DNA from: Rhodopila sp.
GTDB taxonomy: Bacteria > Pseudomonadota > Alphaproteobacteria > Acetobacterales > Acetobacteraceae
Length of the DNA: 64,000 nt
Assembly (NCBI GenBank): GCA_965200665.1
Contig: OZ241370.1
Location: forward strand, 2,075,709-2,139,708
Direction: 5' to 3'
Below are positions 9,167 through 20,365 of this stretch, piece after piece. The position numbers and the translations under genes are program-made. The notes beneath the pieces were generated by a model. It did no database searches. It had not been told where the DNA came from and saw nothing but the letters and a program-made list of their open reading frames with translations. Each line of letters starts with the position of its first letter. Position 1 is the stretch's first letter.

Positions 9167-10351
9167 ATGAGCTACGATGCACCGTTTGCCGGGATCAAGG
9201 TGGTCGACCTGAGCCAGGGCATCGCCGCGCCTTACGCGGGGATGCTGCTGGCGCAGTATGGTGCCACCGTCATCAAGGTTGAAGTGCTGGACGGCGGGGA
9301 TTGGGTACGGATCAGCGCGCCGGCGCCAGGCGGCAACACGGCGCTTTCCGTGATGGGGAACCTCGGCAAGCACAGCATCGGGCTGGACCTGAAAACGCCG
9401 GCGGGCTGCGACGTGCTGTGGCGGCTGCTGGAAGGTGCTGATGTGTTCATGGAGGGATTCCGAACCAACGTGATCGGTCGGCTGGGGTTCGGCTACGAGG
9501 CGGTGTCGGCGCGGCATCCGCGCATCCTGTATCTGTCGATGTCGGGGTTTGGGCAAACCGGACCCTATGCGGAGCGGCCGGCGATGGACCCGGTGCTGCA
9601 GGCGTTCAGCGGCTTCATGGCCGAGAACCGGGACGTGAACGGCCGACCGATCAACATCGCCTCGATCCCGGTCGACATGATCACCGCGCTGTATGCCTTC
9701 CAGGCACTGTCGGCGGCCCTGTATGCGCGACGGGACGAACCACGCGGCCGCTACATCGAGGCGAGCCTGATGCAGGGGGCGGCTTGGTTGAATACCTACG
9801 CCATGCTGCAGCGCGTTATTTTCGATGGCGATCCGCCAGGTGCCCGCGCCCACCGCAGCGTGTATCCGACAGCGGATGGCTGGATCCTGGTGATCGTGGC
9901 CGGGCGGCGCGGATGGGAAGACTTCTGCCGTGCGTTGGAAGAACCTGATCTGGCGCATGACGTGCGCTTCAACACCGTCAAGGCCAGGGTGGTGCACTCT
10001 GCCGCCCTGGTGCCGATCCTGAGCGAAATCCTGTCGCAACGGCCAAACGCACATTGGCAATCCCGCTTCACCGATCACGGTGTGATGCACGCGGTGGTCA
10101 ACGAATCCCTGGACGCGCTGCGGGATCCGCATGTCCAGGCCACCGGGCTGTTCAGCTACCTTGCCCAACCCGGCCTGGCGGCGGCGATGCCGATCCCCAG
10201 CATTCCCGGCGCGCCGCCAATGGAGAGTGGAACCCGGCGGGCAACGTCACCGCTGGCAGGGGCCGATACCGATGCCATCCTGATGTCGCATGGCTACAGC
10301 GCGGGCCAGATAGCCGACCTGCGGGCACAAGGAGTTATTGCGAGCATCTAG
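9167..10351 (+). CDS. CaiB/BaiF family III CoA-transferase
   Basis: GIKVVDLSQGIAAPYAG, GKHSIGLDLK, ADVFMEGFR, SGFGQTGPY. Confidence 0.9.
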   Translation: MSYDAPFAGIKVVDLSQGIAAPYAGMLLAQYGATVIKVEVLDGGDWVRISAPAPGGNTALSVMGNLGKHSIGLDLKTPAGCDVLWRLLEGADVFMEGFRTNVIGRLGFGYEAVSARHPRILYLSMSGFGQTGPYAERPAMDPVLQAFSGFMAENRDVNGRPINIASIPVDMITALYAFQALSAALYARRDEPRGRYIEASLMQGAAWLNTYAMLQRVIFDGDPPGARAHRSVYPTADGWILVIVAGRRGWEDFCRALEEPDLAHDVRFNTVKARVVHSAALVPILSEILSQRPNAHWQSRFTDHGVMHAVVNESLDALRDPHVQATGLFSYLAQPGLAAAMPIPSIPGAPPMESGTRRATSPLAGADTDAILMSHGYSAGQIADLRAQGVIASI

Positions 10352-10513
10352 AGCAACATCACCGTGACCGGAATGGTCAGGGTGATAAAGTTGCTCGCTC
10401 AAACAACGAGATAAAGCGCGCCGATTGTTTACAGTCAGGCTGAAGGCGCCCTTATGGGTTGCGATCCCGGCCCGGGATTCGAGGGACCGTGAAAAACAGG
10501 CATGGCAAGTTGC

Positions 10514-11368
10514 TTACGGCAACCGAGCCAATGCTGACATTTTACTCATTAGCTCGATAGGAACAAAGTAGAATCCAAATATGTATGGATCCGACACTTC
10601 GAATGCCGCGGGGGAAGGTGACCCTTTCTGCATCGTCTCCACATCCAGCGTCTCGATCGGCCGCCAGTCGCCATAGAACTCGAAGAAACCGGCATATCCC
10701 AGCGGCCGCAGCAGGTCGGGGATCGCCTTTGTGCTGCCGGCACGGTGACGTTCCTCGATTTCAACCGACAGCACCGGCCGACAGCGACGCAGCAGGTCCA
10801 ACCCACCTCGCAAGACCTCCTCCTCGGCCCCTTCCACGTCGATCTTGATCGCAGTGACGGCGTCCAGTCCAAGCGAGTCCAACGTCACGGTCGGCACCAC
10901 CCAGCGGTCGACCGCATCCACCCGAACGTCGTCGCGCATGATGACGGCGTAATCCTTGACGATCGAACCCCATTGTTCCTGCGGCACCCCACCGACCCGC
11001 GGCACCGTCAAGGTCACGCTGCCGGCTTGGTCCGACAGCGCCTCCGGCCGCAGCGTCACGCGCGCGCCGCAGCCAGACACCATCTGTTGAAGCCGAACAA
11101 AAGCCGGCGGCAGCGGTTCGAACGCCAGCACGTCAGTGTCGGGCAAGGCAGCCAGCGCCAGGGTCAGCCGCCCCTCATGCGCGCCGGCGTCAACGATCAG
11201 CCCAGGCCGATGCATCGCACGGTGAAACTCGATCTCCTGCACTTCACACCTCGCGCGAACAATACCCCGGATGTTATCGACGATGACGTCGGCTGGTTCG
11301 CCGCGCAACCTGCCACCATGCCGCCGGTTCCGTCGCGGCCATGCGTGCCACGCTGCGCCGAAGGCCAC
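10514..11368 (-). CDS. FkbM-family methyltransferase
   Basis: IVDAGAHEG, AFEP, IKIDVEGAEEEVLRG. Start uncertain. Confidence 0.8.
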   Translation of the reverse strand: MAFGAAWHAWPRRNRRHGGRLRGEPADVIVDNIRGIVRARCEVQEIEFHRAMHRPGLIVDAGAHEGRLTLALAALPDTDVLAFEPLPPAFVRLQQMVSGCGARVTLRPEALSDQAGSVTLTVPRVGGVPQEQWGSIVKDYAVIMRDDVRVDAVDRWVVPTVTLDSLGLDAVTAIKIDVEGAEEEVLRGGLDLLRRCRPVLSVEIEERHRAGSTKAIPDLLRPLGYAGFFEFYGDWRPIETLDVETMQKGSPSPAAFEVSDPYIFGFYFVPIELMSKMSALARLP

Positions 11369-11467
11369 GGTGCCCCGGGCAACGCAGCACCTCAGGGACG
11401 GGCGCTCTTGCTTCAGCCCCGAAAAGCCGGCCCAATCGGCCTAACCTCACTGATCAAGGCTAAGCCC

Positions 11468-13246
11468 ATGAACGACTCTGCCCCCATCGTCCTGGAAAGA
11501 CCCCCGGCTGAAGCCGCACGCGGCGCCGTCGCAAACTGGCTAAACCGGTTCGAAGCCGCTCTCACCGCCGCCGATGCAACAGCCATCGCCACCCTGTTCG
11601 CCCCCGAGTGCCACTATCGCGACATGCTCGCCTTCTCCTGGACCATCCGTCCGGCGGCGGGCGCGGAAATGATCGCAAACGTCCTGGCTGACGCCCAACC
11701 TGGCATCCAGGCCCACGAATTCGCGCTCGCCCCAGGCCGCACGCCGCCCCGAACAGTCCGCCGCCTCGGCATCGAAGTCTACGAGGCCATCTTCCGCTTC
11801 GAAACCGCCACCGGCCGCGGCTTCGGCGTCGTCCGCCTGCCCACCGCCACGCCGACGCAGGCCTGGGTCCTGATGACCTCGCTCGACGAACTGAAGGGCC
11901 ATGAGGAACGTATCGGCCCCCGCCGCCCCAGCGGCGACGCCTATTCGCGCAATTTCGGCGGCCAGAACTGGCTGGACCAGCGCAATACGGCGAAAGCCTA
12001 TGCCAACCGCGACCCCCAGGTGCTGGTCGTGGGTGGAGGCCAGAACGGTCTGGCCGTAGCCGCCTGCCTCGGTCAACTCGATATCGATACGCTCGTTGTC
12101 GATAAATATCCCCGCATCGGCGACAACTGGCGGGTTCGCTACCACTCCCTGGCGCTGCACAACCAGATCCAGGTCAATCACCTGCCCTACATGCCGTTCC
12201 CGCCCACGTGGCCCAAATACATCCCCAAGGACATGCTGGGTAACTGGCTGGAGATGTACGCCGAAGCGATGCAGCTCAACACCTGGTCCAGCACCGAATT
12301 CCTCGGTGGCAGCTACGACGCGGCCACCGCCAGATGGACCGTCCGCCTGCGCCTCGCCGACGGCAGCGAGCGCGTCATGCATCCGCAGCACGTTATACTT
12401 TCAAACGGAACGAACGGCATTGCCCACATCCCCGACCTGCCCGGCCTGAAGGACTTCGCCGGCGACATGTTCCACTCCCACGGCTTCAAGTCAGGGGAAC
12501 CGTGGCGCGGCAAGAAGGCCCTCGTGCTCGGCACCGGCAACAGCGGCCATGACGTCGCCCAGGACCTGCACAGCCACGGCGTCGACACCACCATCATTCA
12601 GCGCGGCTCCACCACCGTCGTCAGCATCGAGCCCAGCGCCAAGCTGAACTACGCGCTGTATGAGGAAGGCCCGCCGCTGGAAGACTGTGACCTGATCGGA
12701 ACGGCAACGACCTATCCGCTGATGATCCGCGGCTACCAAGCCGGCGTAAAGCGGATGGTCGAGCTTGACCGCGAAATCATCGACGGCCTTATCTCGATCG
12801 GCTTCAAGTGGGACATCGGCGAGGACGAAACCGGCCACCAGATGAAATACCGCCGTCGTTGCGGCGGATACTATCTCGATGCCGGTTGTGCCCGGTTGAT
12901 GATCGATGGCGAGATCGGCCTGCTGCAATACGACAAGATCGAAAAATTCGTCGCCGAAGGCGCCCTGCTGAAAGACGGCACCACCCAGTCAGCCGACTTG
13001 TTGGTCCTTGCAACTGGCTACTACGACCAGCAGACGATGGTGCGCCGGCTGCTGGGCGACGAGATCGCAGATCGTGTCGGCCAGGTCTGGGGCATCGACG
13101 CGCAAGGGGAGATGTCGAACATGTTCAAGCGCACTGCCCAGCCCGGCCTGTGGTTCATGGGCGGCGGCCTGACCCAAAGCCGCATCTACTCGAAATATGT
13201 CGCCCTCCAGATCAAGGCCATCGAGCTCGGCATCATCTCACCCTGA
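11468..13246 (+). CDS. Flavin-containing monooxygenase with N-terminal SnoaL-like domain
   Basis: VLVVGGGQNG (FAD), GDNWRVRYHSL, FHSH, VLGTGNSGHD (NADPH), ATGY. Start set at MNDSAP. Confidence 0.85.
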   Translation: MNDSAPIVLERPPAEAARGAVANWLNRFEAALTAADATAIATLFAPECHYRDMLAFSWTIRPAAGAEMIANVLADAQPGIQAHEFALAPGRTPPRTVRRLGIEVYEAIFRFETATGRGFGVVRLPTATPTQAWVLMTSLDELKGHEERIGPRRPSGDAYSRNFGGQNWLDQRNTAKAYANRDPQVLVVGGGQNGLAVAACLGQLDIDTLVVDKYPRIGDNWRVRYHSLALHNQIQVNHLPYMPFPPTWPKYIPKDMLGNWLEMYAEAMQLNTWSSTEFLGGSYDAATARWTVRLRLADGSERVMHPQHVILSNGTNGIAHIPDLPGLKDFAGDMFHSHGFKSGEPWRGKKALVLGTGNSGHDVAQDLHSHGVDTTIIQRGSTTVVSIEPSAKLNYALYEEGPPLEDCDLIGTATTYPLMIRGYQAGVKRMVELDREIIDGLISIGFKWDIGEDETGHQMKYRRRCGGYYLDAGCARLMIDGEIGLLQYDKIEKFVAEGALLKDGTTQSADLLVLATGYYDQQTMVRRLLGDEIADRVGQVWGIDAQGEMSNMFKRTAQPGLWFMGGGLTQSRIYSKYVALQIKAIELGIISP

Positions 13247-13855
13247 CCCGGTCACCACCCAAAGCGGATCACCTGGAACCGGGGTCCATGCCTGATCGGT
13301 AACCGCCGTAAACCCCGCCGCTCGCATATATGCCCCGACCAGCCGAACCTGGTCGGGGCCGGCGAAAGCCTGCCAGATCGCGACCGCCTTGGTTGGAAAG
13401 CACCGGTTGGAGAATGAAATAGCCAATGGAGCCCCGGACCGCAGCACCCGCCGGACTTCCCGAAACACCTCCACCGGCCGCTGCAGGTACTGCACCGAGA
13501 CGCACAGGCAGGCAGCATCGAACGAAGCGTCTTCCAGCGGCAATATCGGCTCGACGTTCAGATCCTGCACAAACCAGCGCGACAAGCGGGGATTGGCCAC
13601 CAGTTCCTCGGCGTTCATCCCGTGACCGACAACTTCGCGATACGCCACGTCCGCGGGCAAATGGCTCACCCAGCTGCTCATCAGGTCCAGAACCGCCCCG
13701 CCAGCCGGTAACGCCGCGCGATAGGCCTGGGTGACCGCGGCGATGGCGCCGTCGTCGATATGGGTCACAAAACGCGGCAGATCATAGAATGCCGCATCCG
13801 GCGACATATCCTGCTTGGTGAACGCCGACACCGGCAGCCCGGCTAACTGTTCCAT
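13238..13855 (-). CDS. Class I SAM-dependent methyltransferase
   Basis: FYDLPRFVTHIDD, VLDLMSSWVSHLP, SVQYL, SFSNRCFPTKAV. Confidence 0.85.
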   Translation of the reverse strand: MEQLAGLPVSAFTKQDMSPDAAFYDLPRFVTHIDDGAIAAVTQAYRAALPAGGAVLDLMSSWVSHLPADVAYREVVGHGMNAEELVANPRLSRWFVQDLNVEPILPLEDASFDAACLCVSVQYLQRPVEVFREVRRVLRSGAPLAISFSNRCFPTKAVAIWQAFAGPDQVRLVGAYMRAAGFTAVTDQAWTPVPGDPLWVVTGSG

Positions 13856-13937
13856 GGCTCATCACCCGCAATGCCGCCCGATGATACCCACCGTCGGGCC
13901 CAGGTATTTGCTACCTGCACGACGCAGAGAGTCCCGA

Positions 13938-14852
13938 TTAAAGTGGGTCCCAGTTGAACAATGTCTCCGACGTGTCCAGCGGCATGAAGCCGTTCTGCAG
14001 CGCCGGCATCGCCACAGCGGCGATACTTTCGGGGGTCCATCCCTCCGCCTGGTGAATGATGCGCACGGGGCGCGGGGAGCTGAACAGGATCAACTCGTGC
14101 ATCCGTGTGCCAAACACCTGGCCGGTCACCCCCTTCGCCGCATCCGAACACAGAAACACCGCCAGCGGTGCGTTCTTGTCCGGCGTCATCCGCTGCAGCT
14201 TCTCGACCGCCGCGGCCTGCTCTGGAGTCGAGGTCGGGATCGAACTCGTCATCCGGCTCCATGCCCAGGGCGACAGGCAGTTGGACCGTACGTTGTAGCG
14301 TGCCATGTCCAGCGCGATCGATTTCGACAGCGCGGTGATGCCCAATTTGGCGGCAGCATAATTTGCCTGACCAACGTTGCCGATCAATCCGGAGGTCGAG
14401 GTGATGTGTACGAACGCCCCACTCTCCTGCTGGCGGTAATGCTCCGCCGCGGCGCGCGATACGAAGAATGATCCGTTCAGATGGACCGAGATCACCGACA
14501 GCCAGTCATCCTCGGTCATCTTGTGGAAAATGCCGTCGCGCAGGATGCCGGCGTTGTTCACCACGGCGTCGATGCGCCCGAAATGATCCAGCGCGGACTG
14601 CACGATCTTTCGCGCCGATCCCCATGTCGCCACCGACTCGGTGCAGATTTCGGCCGCACCGCCTTTCTGTTCGATCAGCGCCTTGGTCTGCTGTGCAGGT
14701 GATGCCGATCCACCCTCGCCGGACAGCGACGCGCCGATATCGGCAACAATGACCTTCGCACCGGCATCCGCCATCATGATGGCGATTTCCCGTCCGACAC
14801 CCCCGCCGGCCCCGGTGACCACCGCGACCTTTCCCTCCATCATGCCCGCCAC
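13938..14852 (-). CDS. Short-chain dehydrogenase/reductase
   Basis: VTGAGGGVG, NNAGILRD, YAAAK. Confidence 0.9.
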   Translation of the reverse strand: MAGMMEGKVAVVTGAGGGVGREIAIMMADAGAKVIVADIGASLSGEGGSASPAQQTKALIEQKGGAAEICTESVATWGSARKIVQSALDHFGRIDAVVNNAGILRDGIFHKMTEDDWLSVISVHLNGSFFVSRAAAEHYRQQESGAFVHITSTSGLIGNVGQANYAAAKLGITALSKSIALDMARYNVRSNCLSPWAWSRMTSSIPTSTPEQAAAVEKLQRMTPDKNAPLAVFLCSDAAKGVTGQVFGTRMHELILFSSPRPVRIIHQAEGWTPESIAAVAMPALQNGFMPLDTSETLFNWDPL

Positions 14853-14957
14853 GGATTACCCCTTGTTTATGCGACCAGATCCTCCGCCGTAGAATGGCGT
14901 GTGCTGGCGAATACGTCGAGTGTCGCAATCCGCCGTGTCGCCATCCAGGGGCCTCGA

Positions 14958-16688
14958 TCAGCGCAGAAGGTTGGTCCTGGCGACATCGATCAGTTCACTT
15001 CCCCGTCCGTTCATGACGGCCCTGAGTGCCCAAAGACCGAAGCCCTTCACCTGTTCAAACGCAATCGACGGCGGCATCGAAAGCTCCTGCGTGGCGGTCA
15101 CCACGTTCAGCAATGCAGGACCGTCATGCGACAAAACGTCCCGAATGGCTGCCTCCAGCTCCCCCGGATCGTCGACCTGCACTCCATGTATGCCAACCGC
15201 TCGGGCCATTGCCGCGAAATCCGGACTGCTGAGGTCAACCCCGGTCTCCAGCAATCCAGCCGCTTTCATTTCCATCGCTACGAAACCAAGCACCTTGTTC
15301 TGGAACACAACGATCTTGACCGGCAAATTCTGCTGCGAAAGCGTCAGCAGGTCGCCCATCATCATTGAGAATCCGCCGTCACCTGAAAGACTGATCACCT
15401 GCCGGCCCGGAAAGGCGGCCTGAGCACCGATCGCCTGCGGCATGGCATTTGCCATCGATCCGTGCAACAGCGAGCCGATCATCCGGCGGTGGCCGTTCAT
15501 CTTCAGATAACGTGCTGCCCAGACGGTTGGGGTGCCGACGTCGAAGGTGAAGACCGCGTCGTCGGCCGCATTGTCGCTGATCAACTTGGCCAGGTACTGC
15601 GGATGGATCGGTTTATGCCCCGGTCGGCCCGTCGCCAGTTCATCGAGCCCCTCCCGCGCCTTGCGGTAATGCGCGAGGCTGCGATCCAGATGCGCCCGGT
15701 CCTGCTTCACCTGAAGTCGCGGCAGCAAAGCGGATATGGTCGCACCGACGTCGCCCACCATCCCAAGGTCCAGCTTTGTCCGTCGCCCCAGATGCTCCGG
15801 CCGCAGGTCGACCTGGGCGACTTTCGCATCCGTTGGATAAAACTGCCGATAGGGAAAATCGGTCCCCAACATCAGCAGCGTGTCGCAATCAAGCATGGCG
15901 TGGTAGCCCGAACTGAAGCCGATCAAGCCGGTCATACCGACATCGAATGGATTGTCGTATTCGACATGCTCCTTGCCACCCAGCGCGTGGACGATGGGGG
16001 ATTTCAGGGTGTCGGCCAGCGTCAGGAGCAGGTCGTGGGTTCCTGCGCAACCGCGCCCACAAAGCAGGGTGGTTCGGTTGCTCGCATTGAGCATGTCGGC
16101 CAGCGCGTCGAGATCGCCGGCTTCCGGCACCACAACCGGCGGCCGTAGGGCGATCGATCGGCCAGCAGACGGAACCTTGTCGAGCTCACGCAGCGCCACA
16201 TCGCCGGGGATGACAATCACCGCCACGCCGCGATGGCCGATCGCACAGCGGATCGCTGTTTCCAGCACGCCCGGCAGTTGCTCGACATTCGAAACCAGTT
16301 CGCAATAATGGCTGCATTCCCGGAACAACTGTTCGGGGTGGGTCTCCTGGAAATAGCCCCGCCCGATCTCGGCGCTTGGAATATGCGCCGCAATGGCCAG
16401 CACCGGCACGCCGGAACGATGACAGTCGAACAGACCGTTGATCAGATGCAGGTTGCCAGGTCCGCAGCTTCCGGCGCAAACCGCCAGGCTTCCCGTCAGA
16501 TGCGCCTCGGCGCCCGCCGCAAATGCAGCAGCTTCCTCATGCCGCGTATGGATCCACTGAATGTCGTCGCATTTTCGCAACGATTCGGTGATGCCGTTCA
16601 GACTATCGCCTACAACCCCGTATATACGTTGTACGCCGACTGATCGCAGCACCTGGATCACGACGTCGGAAGCCTGCTGGTGTGCCAA
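14958..16688 (-). CDS. poxB: Pyruvate dehydrogenase (quinone), ThDP-dependent
   Basis: [40 protein letters not shown] ThDP motif, C-terminal ELSMPP..FEQVKGF. TTG start. Confidence 0.85.
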   Translation of the reverse strand: MAHQQASDVVIQVLRSVGVQRIYGVVGDSLNGITESLRKCDDIQWIHTRHEEAAAFAAGAEAHLTGSLAVCAGSCGPGNLHLINGLFDCHRSGVPVLAIAAHIPSAEIGRGYFQETHPEQLFRECSHYCELVSNVEQLPGVLETAIRCAIGHRGVAVIVIPGDVALRELDKVPSAGRSIALRPPVVVPEAGDLDALADMLNASNRTTLLCGRGCAGTHDLLLTLADTLKSPIVHALGGKEHVEYDNPFDVGMTGLIGFSSGYHAMLDCDTLLMLGTDFPYRQFYPTDAKVAQVDLRPEHLGRRTKLDLGMVGDVGATISALLPRLQVKQDRAHLDRSLAHYRKAREGLDELATGRPGHKPIHPQYLAKLISDNAADDAVFTFDVGTPTVWAARYLKMNGHRRMIGSLLHGSMANAMPQAIGAQAAFPGRQVISLSGDGGFSMMMGDLLTLSQQNLPVKIVVFQNKVLGFVAMEMKAAGLLETGVDLSSPDFAAMARAVGIHGVQVDDPGELEAAIRDVLSHDGPALLNVVTATQELSMPPSIAFEQVKGFGLWALRAVMNGRGSELIDVARTNLLR

Positions 16689-16745
16689 TTCACAATCTCC
16701 GTATTGATCAAACGGTCCGTCGCAGCGCTGCCCTTGCGATCGCGT

Positions 16746-18257
16746 TCAATCGTCGGCAATTCGCAATGTCAGCCATTTGATGCCCATCCTGTCGCCGGAC
16801 TTGGGCTGAACAAGAACCATCACAAATTCACGCTTGTCCGCCCGAACCGCGGTTAGGGCGTCGGCCATCTGGCTTGGCTCTGCGATAAGCCGGTCCTGCA
16901 CCCGCACAATGATGTCGCCGGTGGACAGGCCCCGGTCGGCGGCATCGCTGCCAGGCGTCACTGCGGCTACCAGAACGCCATTCCGCGCAACCTCAGGGCC
17001 GAATTTCACGCGGGTCGCGTCGTCCAGCGGCCCCACGGTGATCCCAAGATCCGGCGGAACATGGTGATGCGGCGCCTGCATCGAAACCGGCGCATCCAGC
17101 ACTTCCCACTGATCGCGCGGCCATTCCCTCACCGGAACGTCCAGGTTTTGCCGCTTGCCATCACGCCACAGGCCAAAGCTCAGCTTTCCCCCGATCGGCG
17201 AGGTTGCAATCGTGCGCAGCAACGCGCGCTCGTCCCGCGGCGTCGTGTTGCCCAGTTGCATGATTACATCGCCGGGCCGAAGTCCCGCTTCGGCGGCTGG
17301 TCCGTCTGGCGTGACGGCCGCAATGATCGACCCGTCGGCCTGCTTCATGCCCAACGCCAATGCCATTTCGGGCGTTACTTCTTGGATCTTCATGCCAACC
17401 CAGCCCGGTCGCAACCAGCCGTAGTTCATCAGGCGATCGATAACGACCTGTGCATTGCGCGCGGGGATTGCGAAACCCAACCCACTCCATCCGCTGGTAG
17501 CCGACAACAGCGCAGTATTGATCCCGACCACGTCACCGTTCTTGTTGAACAGCGGCCCACCTGAATTGCCATGATTAATCGCCGCGTCGGTCTGGATATA
17601 GTCGTCATACGGACTGTCCATGATGTTGCGGTTCAGGCCGCTGACGAGGCCGCCGCTGACCGAAATTCCAACCCCAAGCGCGTTGCCGATCACGAACACA
17701 GGATCGCCGATCTGCAGCGTGTCGCTGTCACCCCAATGCAGCGCAGGCAGTGGATGCCCGACATCCACCTTGATCGTCGCGACGTCGATCAGCCGGGTCG
17801 CTTTCAGAAGATGCGCAGGTACGCGCGTGCCATCGGTAAATGTAACATCGATCTGCCAGGCATCCTGGACGACGTGGGAATTGGTGGCAATAACGCCGCT
17901 CGGATCAATGACGAACCCGGTTCCGAAGGAGTGTTGGGTCCCGCCGGTCGTTCCCGCCGCACTCACGGGCGATTGGGATCGCGGCGTATCCTTGACGACG
18001 TTGATGGAAACCACCGATGGCAGCAGCTTCCCGAAGAAGGCGCTTTCGCTCGGCATCATCATCTGCGTGCCAAGCTTCATTGTCGGCATCTGTGGGCTCG
18101 GCGCCTCCTGCCTCGACGCCTCCTGGCTCGACGCCTCCGGGCTCGGCGCCGGCTGGGCGCTGGCCGAACCGAACGGGAGCGGCAATACGGCGACGGTCAG
18201 GATGCCGGCGAAGGCCAGGATGATCGACCAAGACACGCCCATGTATCGATGCTGCAT
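16746..18257 (-). CDS. DegP/DegQ (HtrA) serine protease with two PDZ domains
   Basis: Catalytic triad TNSHVV / IDVA / GNSGGPL; AGGAG RBS before ATG 18257. Confidence 0.9.
   Translation of the reverse strand: MQHRYMGVSWSIILAFAGILTVAVLPLPFGSASAQPAPSPEASSQEASRQEAPSPQMPTMKLGTQMMMPSESAFFGKLLPSVVSINVVKDTPRSQSPVSAAGTTGGTQHSFGTGFVIDPSGVIATNSHVVQDAWQIDVTFTDGTRVPAHLLKATRLIDVATIKVDVGHPLPALHWGDSDTLQIGDPVFVIGNALGVGISVSGGLVSGLNRNIMDSPYDDYIQTDAAINHGNSGGPLFNKNGDVVGINTALLSATSGWSGLGFAIPARNAQVVIDRLMNYGWLRPGWVGMKIQEVTPEMALALGMKQADGSIIAAVTPDGPAAEAGLRPGDVIMQLGNTTPRDERALLRTIATSPIGGKLSFGLWRDGKRQNLDVPVREWPRDQWEVLDAPVSMQAPHHHVPPDLGITVGPLDDATRVKFGPEVARNGVLVAAVTPGSDAADRGLSTGDIIVRVQDRLIAEPSQMADALTAVRADKREFVMVLVQPKSGDRMGIKWLTLRIADD
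18096..18150. repeat. In-frame 15-bp tandem repeat, about 3.7 copies
   Basis: GCTCGGCGCCTCCTG/CCTCGACGCCTCCTG/GCTCGACGCCTCCGG; encodes PSPEASSQEASRQEAPSP. Confidence 0.9.
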
Positions 18258-18584
18258 GACCACTCCTGGTTCTGAACGCCTCGGCCGCATGCCGGCAAAA
18301 CCGAGCCGACGATCAATCTAATATAATTTTTGCGTAAGCACCATGATCGGATGCCAAACGACCTGAAGCGGGATGACAAGGTCTTCTTCGTCATTCAGAT
18401 GAACCGGAAGCAGACCAATCAATAGATCAGTCGCCTTGATGTATTTGCCGGGCCGTCGCTCACGGTCGATCTGTCTGTGCAGGACGCCAGGTTTCCGTTC
18501 CAGGATCTTGAAACCTGCCGCAGGATAAAGCCCGATCGATCGGCACACCGGCTCTGACCCCGCTTGAATACAGGAGGCTCGACA

Positions 18585-19148
18585 ATGGACACGAACATCA
18601 CCCGCTTCACGCAGCTCGCCGAATTGCCCCAGCGACTGCACCACCAGGCGTTCTGCGTGCGCGACCAGGAACGCAACCGCCAGTTCATCGAGGACGTGCT
18701 GGGCATCCCGCTGACTGCCACCTGGTGCGAGCGGGTGTTCCGCCCCGAGGTGGGGCGTGAGGTCGATTACTGCCACACCTTCTACCAACTTGCCGATGGC
18801 GGGGCCCTGGCGTTCTTCCAGTTCGCCGACGACGAAGCCTATCAGAAAAACCGCGCGATCATGCAGGACGTGGGCGGCTCTCTGCACACCGCGTTCAAGG
18901 TGTCACAGGCAACATTCGATGAAATCAGCGCTCGCTGCGAGGCTGCGCAAGTCACCGTTCGCGTCGTCGATCACGGCTACTGCACCTCGATCTACCTGAA
19001 GTCGCCGGACGACATGAAGCTGGAGTTCACCGTGGACGCCCCGAACGCCGAAGCCATCGCGGACATGCGGCGCAAGGACGCCCATTCAGAACTCGCGCGC
19101 TGGCTGGCAGGCGACCGCCGCACCAACAACGGCGACCGCCCGCACTGA
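18585..19148 (+). CDS. VOC/glyoxalase family protein
   Basis: LHHQAF...RQFIEDVLG, DHGYCTSIYLKSPD..KLEF; GGAGG RBS. Confidence 0.85.
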   Translation: MDTNITRFTQLAELPQRLHHQAFCVRDQERNRQFIEDVLGIPLTATWCERVFRPEVGREVDYCHTFYQLADGGALAFFQFADDEAYQKNRAIMQDVGGSLHTAFKVSQATFDEISARCEAAQVTVRVVDHGYCTSIYLKSPDDMKLEFTVDAPNAEAIADMRRKDAHSELARWLAGDRRTNNGDRPH

Positions 19149-19195
19149 TCTCCGCGGTGCCGGGCTGACTGCAGGCCGAAGAGCCTGCGGCAATG

Positions 19196-20266
19196 TTACC
19201 GCGCGGCCACCAGCTCGGCGATCGCTGTCCCGACATCCGCGGTGCCCGCCTGGCCCCCCATGTCGCGGGTCTTCGGGCCGCTGTCGCGCAGCAACGTCTC
19301 GATCGCGTCCACGATGGCCTTGCCGGCGTCGGCCTCACCCAGGTGCTCCAGCATCAGCGCCGCCGACCAGATCTGCCCGATCGGATTGCAGATGAACTTG
19401 CCGGCGATATCCGGGGCTGAGCCATGCACCGGCTCGAACATCGACGGGAATTTGCGCTCCGGGTTGATGTTGGCACTTGCCGCGATGCCGATCGACCCGG
19501 CAACCGCCGGCCCCAGGTCTGACAGGATATCGCCGAACAGGTTCGACCCGACGACGACGTCGAACCAGTCCGGGTGCTGGACGAAGTGCGCGCACAGTAT
19601 GTCGATATGGTACTGGTCGGTGCGGATCCCGGGATACTGCGCCGCCATCTCGGCAAACCGCTCGTCCCAGTACGGCATCGTGTGGATGATGCCGTTTGAC
19701 TTGGTCGCCGACGTCACATGCTTCTTCGGCCGGGTCATGCCGAGCTCGAATGCGTATTTCAGGATCCGATCCACGCCGACGCGGCTGAACACGCTCTGCT
19801 GCGATACGAACTCGCGATCGGTATCCGGGAACATCCGTCCACCGACGGAGGAATACTCGCCCTCGGTGTTTTCCCGCACCACGTAGAAATCGATATCCGC
19901 TTCGGTTCGTCCGGCGAGTGGGGTGCGCACGCCCGGCAGCAGCTTGCATGGCCGCACATTGGCATACTGGTCGAAGCCGCGACGGATCGGGATCAACAGG
20001 CCCCACAAGGACACATGGTCAGGCACACCCGGCCATCCGACGGCACCCAGCAGGATGGAATCCGACTTGCCCAACTGGTCCAGCCCGTTCTCCGGCATCA
20101 TCAGGCCGGTGTCCTTGTAAGTCTCGCACGACCAGTCGTAATGCGTGAGGTTCAGGTCGAAGCCGAACCGCCGGGCGGCGGCATCGAGCACCTTGAGGGA
20201 TTCCGGCACGGTCTCCTTGCCGATCCCATCGCCGGGCAGAACCGCGATGTTGTGTGTGCGTGCCAT
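19196..20266 (-). CDS. ttuC: Tartrate dehydrogenase / D-malate dehydrogenase (decarboxylating)
   Basis: IAVLPGDGIGKE, GAVGWPGVPDHVSLWGLLIPIRR, RENTEGEYS, TKSNG, FEPVHGSAPDI. Confidence 0.85.
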   Translation of the reverse strand: MARTHNIAVLPGDGIGKETVPESLKVLDAAARRFGFDLNLTHYDWSCETYKDTGLMMPENGLDQLGKSDSILLGAVGWPGVPDHVSLWGLLIPIRRGFDQYANVRPCKLLPGVRTPLAGRTEADIDFYVVRENTEGEYSSVGGRMFPDTDREFVSQQSVFSRVGVDRILKYAFELGMTRPKKHVTSATKSNGIIHTMPYWDERFAEMAAQYPGIRTDQYHIDILCAHFVQHPDWFDVVVGSNLFGDILSDLGPAVAGSIGIAASANINPERKFPSMFEPVHGSAPDIAGKFICNPIGQIWSAALMLEHLGEADAGKAIVDAIETLLRDSGPKTRDMGGQAGTADVGTAIAELVAAR

Positions 20267-20365
20267 ATGACCGGTCCCTCAATGCTGTTGCCGCAGGGAT
20301 ACCGGACCGCCGCGCCGCGGCCAAGGGGCGTAGCGTTCTGACCCAAGCGCGCCTATTTGTATGGG

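Noticed and set aside
7906-10351. Substrate-binding protein without permease as a novel system
   Set aside because: Orphan binding proteins of this family next to CoA-transferases are common in Alphaproteobacteria.
10745-11467. N-terminal 241 aa of the 833-aa ORF
   Set aside because: Overlaps the FkbM gene on the other strand; the monooxygenase-like sequence begins at ATG 11468.
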